Below, piece after piece: positions 59,423 through 64,000 of a DNA stretch of 64,000 nt. The notes under the pieces are model-generated. The model worked only from the letters and a program-made list of their open reading frames with translations. It ran no database searches and was not told the origin of the DNA. The position numbers and the translations under genes were made by a program. Origin of the DNA: an uncultured Acidobacteriota bacterium. GTDB taxonomy: Bacteria > Acidobacteriota > Terriglobia > Acidiferrales > UBA7541. Position 1 is the stretch's first letter. Each line of letters opens with the position of its first letter. Location of the stretch: the NCBI GenBank assembly GCA_963779005.1, contig CAVZWO010000006.1, forward strand, positions 362,125 through 426,124, written 5' to 3'.

Positions 59423-60949
59423 ATGGGCAACCCCTTGTTCGCGACGAAGTCGATGACCACGCTGATGAAGGAAGCGGGGGCCACCGGGGAGCACAGCCTG
59501 AAACGCGCTCTCGGCCCGGTAAATCTGGTTACGCTTGGTATCGGAGCCATCATCGGCGCCGGTATCTTCGTGATGACGGGTTCGGCGGCTTCGCTGTATG
59601 CCGGACCGTCAATCATGCTCTCCTACGTCCTCGCCGGGATTGGCTGCGTTTTCGCTGGATTGTGCTACGCGGAATTCGCCTCGATGATTCCCATTGCTGG
59701 TTCCGCGTATACGTATGGTTACGCCACGCTGGGCGAAATTGTCGCCTGGATCATCGGCTGGGATCTGATTCTGGAATACGCTTTCGGCGCGGCAACCGTC
59801 GCCAGCGGCTGGAGCAGCACGCTCGTCGCGTTCCTGCAGGACTACGGCATCAGCCTGCCCCCGCAAATCTGCGACGTCCCCGGCGCCAAGTGGGTCCTCT
59901 ACGATGGCCGGTGGATGCCGCTAAACACTCTATCCATGAGCATGGATCAAGTGGCGGGGCTCCCGACGGTTACGGCCAAATTTAATTTGATCGCGTTCCT
60001 GGCGATGCTCGCGGTCACGACACTACTGATCATTGGAATCAAGGAGTCTGCAAATTTCAATACGGGAGTGGTTTTCGTAAAGCTGACAGCGGTACTGGTG
60101 TTCATCGCCGTCGCCGGCGCATTCGTGATGAAGCACCCCGAGATCGCGCATGCGAATTGGAAAGTTTTTATCCCGCCCAACACCGGAACGTTTGGGGCCT
60201 TCGGTTGGTCGGGCATCTTAAGAGGCGCAGGAGTCGTCTTCTTCGCTTACATCGGCTTTGACGCCGTTTCCACTGCGGCGCAAGAAGCAAAAAATCCGCA
60301 GAAAGATATGCCCATCGGCATTCTGGGGTCCTTAGTCGTTTGCACCATTTTGTATTTGCTTGTTTCCGGGTTGCTGACGGCCACCGTCCACTACTCACGC
60401 CTGAACATCGGCGCTCCCGTCTCCCTCGCCATTCGCGAGACTGGAGTGAAGTGGGGCAGTTATGTGGTGAACGCAGGCGCGCTGGCAGGATTAAGCACTG
60501 TGATGCTGGTCATGATGCTCGGCCAGTCGCGGGTCTTCTACTCCATGGCGAATGATGGATTGCTCTGGAAGTGGGCCGGCGACATCCACCCGCGATTCCG
60601 TACGCCGTGGAAGTCCACTGCGATTGTTGGAATTTGCGTGGCCTTTGTGGGCGCGCTGGTACCCATCGGCGACCTCGGGCAACTCGTCAGCATCGGCACT
60701 CTGCTCGCGTTCGTGATTGTTTGCGCCGGCGTGTGGATACTGCGAGTGAGGCGTCCGGAGTTGGTAAGACCATTCAAGACGCCTCTGGTCCCCCTGGTGC
60801 CGATACTGGGCATGCTGGTGTCGCTGGGGTTGATGGCGGGGCTCAAAGCCGTGACCTGGATCCGCCTGGTGGTCTGGCTGATCATCGGCTTGGTGATTTA
60901 TTTTACCTACAGCGTGAAACACAGCAAGGTGCGCAACGAAGCGAAATAA
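59423..60949 (+). CDS. APC-family cationic amino acid permease (YfnA/CAT-like)
   Basis: LGIGAIIGAGIF, YAEFASMIPIAGSAYTY, FFAYIGFDAVST.A.EAKNPQ, ISIGTL-like VSIGTLLAF, RPFKTP; AAGGAGG RBS. Confidence 0.94.
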   Translation: MGNPLFATKSMTTLMKEAGATGEHSLKRALGPVNLVTLGIGAIIGAGIFVMTGSAASLYAGPSIMLSYVLAGIGCVFAGLCYAEFASMIPIAGSAYTYGYATLGEIVAWIIGWDLILEYAFGAATVASGWSSTLVAFLQDYGISLPPQICDVPGAKWVLYDGRWMPLNTLSMSMDQVAGLPTVTAKFNLIAFLAMLAVTTLLIIGIKESANFNTGVVFVKLTAVLVFIAVAGAFVMKHPEIAHANWKVFIPPNTGTFGAFGWSGILRGAGVVFFAYIGFDAVSTAAQEAKNPQKDMPIGILGSLVVCTILYLLVSGLLTATVHYSRLNIGAPVSLAIRETGVKWGSYVVNAGALAGLSTVMLVMMLGQSRVFYSMANDGLLWKWAGDIHPRFRTPWKSTAIVGICVAFVGALVPIGDLGQLVSIGTLLAFVIVCAGVWILRVRRPELVRPFKTPLVPLVPILGMLVSLGLMAGLKAVTWIRLVVWLIIGLVIYFTYSVKHSKVRNEAK

Positions 60950-61055
60950 CTTTTCGCTGGCTCGGCGCATAAACACCCGCTCCGATTCTTGCCGCGCCTT
61001 TGCCCTGCGCGCGAGAGACCTCTTCAGGTAAAGTAGTAGTTTGTACCGTCGCCCG

Positions 61056-63044
61056 ATGACTGCTCTGTCTGCGAACCTGCGTAACGCGTGGCGCCGCCTC
61101 TCGCGGATCGACCTCTTTGCGATTCTGCTGATTCTCGGCGGGACAACCGCGGCCATGCTTGACCTCAGCGGCGGCTTGGCCAGTTTCCTCAAATTTCTCG
61201 CCGTTCTCGCCACCGTTTATGTTTTGTTTCGGTTTGTGGGCTGGTGGCGCACGCGACTGCTCTGGAGTCTTCGCAACCGGTTGATCGTCGCGTACTTGTT
61301 TATCGCCGTTGTCCCCATCCTGCTGATCCTGACGCTCGTCGTTCTCGCCGGCCAAATCCTGTATTCGCAGCTCGGTGCGTACATTCTCTACGACGACATC
61401 CATCGCCGCATAGCCATGATGGCGGACATCACGGAGCACATTGCCGCTGCTCACCGCACCCTGCCAAAAGGCGTCTCCGAGGAGGAATCGGAGCACGTCC
61501 TCGCCGCGCAGTCCCACCTGGTTCACGATCAGGATCTTCCGGGCTTGAGTATAGATTTCTCGAATGATCCCAAGCTTTTGCGAAAAGTGGCGGGCGCGGG
61601 GAGGAGTTCGTTTGCAGGTTTTGTGGAAGAGGGCGACACGCCTTACCTGATGAGCCTGAAGGAGATGCCAGAGCCGGCGGGCGTCCGCGTGGTAACGCTG
61701 CGCGTGCCTATTACGCCAGAGTTTCTGGCCACCATTGCGCCGGACCTTGGCGCGATTCAACTGAATCTGACACGGCGCTTCGAGGGCGGCACGCGGCAGG
61801 GAATTCTCTACAATTCCGGCAACGTGCAATACGAAACCACCAGCAGAATTCTGGCGCGAAACAGAACTCTTCACCCGCCGGCGCATTGGATAATCGATCC
61901 GGCGATTACTGGGCTTTCCCGGCTCGACGCGGTTTACGTCGGAACTGGCGGAATGTTTGATCCGCGGCGGCCCGTGCTCGTCAGCTTCAATGCGCGGCCC
62001 TCCCGGTTGAATGGGCGGATTTTTTCGTCTCTCGGCGAGCTCAGCGATTTATACGCCGTTGGTTTCATCGTGGTCTTCGTGCTCTTTTCCTTGATCGAGA
62101 TCGCGGCGCTGATCACGGGAGTCGTGATGACGCGGCGCATCACCAAGGCGGTGAGCGATCTGTATGAGGCGACGCAATATGTGAAAGCCGGCGATTGGAC
62201 GCATCGCGTGCGCATTGAGCGCCGCGACCAGTTGGGCGTGCTGGGGGAATCGTTCAATGACATGACGGGGTCGATCAGCGGCTTGCTCGAGGAATCGAAA
62301 AAACGGCAGCGCCTGGAAAATGAGCTCTCGATCGCCAGCGAAGTGCAGAACCAACTCTTTCCGCAAAAGCTGCCATCGGTCGCGGGAGTCCAGCTCGAAG
62401 CCATCTGCAAAGCCGCGCGAACGGTAAGTGGAGACTACTACGATTTCATCCAGCTCAGCCCCACGCACCTGGCCATTGCGCTGGCCGACATCTCGGGGAA
62501 GGGAATTTCCGCCGCGCTCTTAATGGCCAGCCTGCAGGCGGCGCTGCGCAGCCAGCTTCTCGCGGCAGACAGCGAGAAGATGAGCACCGCGGAGCTGGTT
62601 GCCCGGTTGAACATGCACATGGTGCGAAACACCGCCGATGACCGGTTCGCTACCTTTTTTATTGCCGTCTACGACAGCGCGACACGCACTCTCCGCTACA
62701 CTAATGCCGGACATTTGCCGGGATTTCTGATCTCCAACGGATCCTCGAAACATCTCGACAAGGGCGGCATGGTCCTCGGCGTGGTCGAAGACTACGTCTA
62801 CGAAGAAGGCACGGTGAGCGTGCCGCCGAATGCGTTGCTCGTGGAATACAGCGATGGACTGGTCGAGCCCGAAAATGTCTACGGGGAAGAGTTCGGTATC
62901 CGCCGGCTGCAGGAAGCGGCGCTGCGCATGCAGAGTTCGGCCCCACTGGTGGTCGGGCAGTCGCTGATGATGGCGGCGGAAGAGTGGGCGGGTACGCCGG
63001 AGCAAGCGGACGACATGACGGTGGTGGTGGCGCGGCTTCGCTAG
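61056..63044 (+). CDS. Membrane HAMP + PP2C/SpoIIE phosphatase
   Basis: TMs, HAMP (RDQLGVLGESFNDM), VSGDYYD, LADISGKG..AALLMA, NAGH, YSDGLVE, DDMT. Confidence 0.92.
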   Translation: MTALSANLRNAWRRLSRIDLFAILLILGGTTAAMLDLSGGLASFLKFLAVLATVYVLFRFVGWWRTRLLWSLRNRLIVAYLFIAVVPILLILTLVVLAGQILYSQLGAYILYDDIHRRIAMMADITEHIAAAHRTLPKGVSEEESEHVLAAQSHLVHDQDLPGLSIDFSNDPKLLRKVAGAGRSSFAGFVEEGDTPYLMSLKEMPEPAGVRVVTLRVPITPEFLATIAPDLGAIQLNLTRRFEGGTRQGILYNSGNVQYETTSRILARNRTLHPPAHWIIDPAITGLSRLDAVYVGTGGMFDPRRPVLVSFNARPSRLNGRIFSSLGELSDLYAVGFIVVFVLFSLIEIAALITGVVMTRRITKAVSDLYEATQYVKAGDWTHRVRIERRDQLGVLGESFNDMTGSISGLLEESKKRQRLENELSIASEVQNQLFPQKLPSVAGVQLEAICKAARTVSGDYYDFIQLSPTHLAIALADISGKGISAALLMASLQAALRSQLLAADSEKMSTAELVARLNMHMVRNTADDRFATFFIAVYDSATRTLRYTNAGHLPGFLISNGSSKHLDKGGMVLGVVEDYVYEEGTVSVPPNALLVEYSDGLVEPENVYGEEFGIRRLQEAALRMQSSAPLVVGQSLMMAAEEWAGTPEQADDMTVVVARLR

Positions 63045-63154
63045 GCCTGACATTCGGTGACGCGGGCAGGAAACGCGCGCAGCGGACATCCTAGTCCGGC
63101 TTTTGCGAGTGGGCTATACTGGCAAGCTTTCCATAGAGGCGATCGAGGAGACGA

Positions 63155-63898
63155 ATGCCGCTTGTGAATCGCGTTGCGCTGATTACGGGAGGAAGCCGAG
63201 GCATCGGGCGGGGAATTGCCGTTCGTTTGGCGCAGGAGGGCGCGCGCATAGCGATTTCGTACCGTTCCAACAAGACGGCGGCGCAGCAGGCGCTCCGCCA
63301 ACTGCAGGCCAGCGGCGCGGATTGCGTGGCGGTGGAAACGGATGTCACCGATGCGGCGAAAGCCGAGCAGCTTGTCCAAACGGTCGCCGATCGCTACGGA
63401 CGAATCGACATTCTCGTGAACAACGTCGGCGGGTTTCGCTGGGGCACGCTCGCGGAATCGTCTCTGGAAGATTGGCAAAGCATTTTTTCCTCGAATTTAT
63501 CGAGTGTGCTCTATGTCAGCCGCGCGGTTTTGCCACATATGCGCCGCGGCCGCTGGGGGCGTATCGTGAATTTGGGAGCGGTCGGTTCGGAGCGGGCGTT
63601 TGGCCAAGCGAAGATTTCGGCGTATGCAGCAGCGAAGGCAGCGGTGGTGGCGCTGTCGCGTTCGCTGGCGCTTGAGGAAGCGAAGAACGGGATCACCGTG
63701 AATGTGGTGAATCCATCGAGCATCGATGAAAAGGAGCTGACGCTGAGCGAGGCGCGGCGTATTCGTGATGCGCGGTTTCCGATTGGCCGCCCACCGACCG
63801 TCGAAGATGTGGCCAACGCTGTCGCGTTCTTTGTCTCTGACGAGGCGGAGTACGTGACCGGCCAAGTCGTGAACGTCAGCGGCGGATGGATGCTCTAG
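63155..63898 (+). CDS. SDR oxidoreductase (FabG-like)
   Basis: TGGSRGIG, IDILVNNVG, YAAAK, NGITVNVVNP, VTGQVVNVSGG. Confidence 0.92.
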   Translation: MPLVNRVALITGGSRGIGRGIAVRLAQEGARIAISYRSNKTAAQQALRQLQASGADCVAVETDVTDAAKAEQLVQTVADRYGRIDILVNNVGGFRWGTLAESSLEDWQSIFSSNLSSVLYVSRAVLPHMRRGRWGRIVNLGAVGSERAFGQAKISAYAAAKAAVVALSRSLALEEAKNGITVNVVNPSSIDEKELTLSEARRIRDARFPIGRPPTVEDVANAVAFFVSDEAEYVTGQVVNVSGGWML

Positions 63899-63939
63899 CG
63901 GATGGATGCCGCAAGCGAGCGCCGCGTAAACTTTGTCCT

Positions 63940-64000
63940 ATGAAAGTCCTTACCGCCGCCGAGATGCGCGAGGTCGACCGCCTGACGACCGAACTATTTG
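63940..64000 (+). CDS. nnr: N-terminus (truncated by the window edge) of probable NAD(P)HX epimerase/dehydratase
   Basis: MKVLTAAEMREVDRLT matches the typical YjeF_N start; only 20 codons visible. Confidence 0.6.
   Translation, partial: MKVLTAAEMREVDRLTTELF

Overview
A 64 kb high-GC bacterial chromosomal segment, most likely Acidobacteriota (inferred from an ADOP-type duplicated permease, tandem acidobacterial VWA proteins, a wHTH-TolB-TPR regulator and a CE15 esterase). Most of it is housekeeping: a Kdo/LPS cluster (kdsB-pyrG-kdsA-kdsD-kdsC-ppa, split by two accessory insertions), deoB, uvrA, uvrC, mnmA, iscS, ubiD, a pilMNOPQ operon, pepP-accB-accC-thiE, two APC permeases, two PP2C/SpoIIE phosphatases, an SDR and the start of nnr. 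I saw no rRNA, tRNA, CRISPR array, integrase or transposase. The main candidate for an undescribed system is the gene pair at 44060-46911. The first protein carries both PmoC/AmoC copper-site motifs with exact ligand spacing (D-x3-H-x12-H and D-x3-H-x13-H) fused to a PmoA/AmoA-like C-terminal half. The second has a predicted N-terminal His after signal cleavage, two central TM helices and His/Met-rich periplasmic domains, which echoes PmoB topology. Together they look like a divergent, fused 'CA + B' relative of copper membrane monooxygenases, or a copper-handling system built on that scaffold. Secondary signals: GTAG/GTGG palindromes (REP-like), three of them read in frame inside genes; an unbroken chain of stop/start-overlapping mini-ORFs linking kdsA to kdsD; heptamer microsatellites; a class D sortase in a diderm; a frameshifted LprI-domain gene; and an orphan antitoxin. 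All family assignments come from motif recognition and remembered reference sequences. No database search was run.
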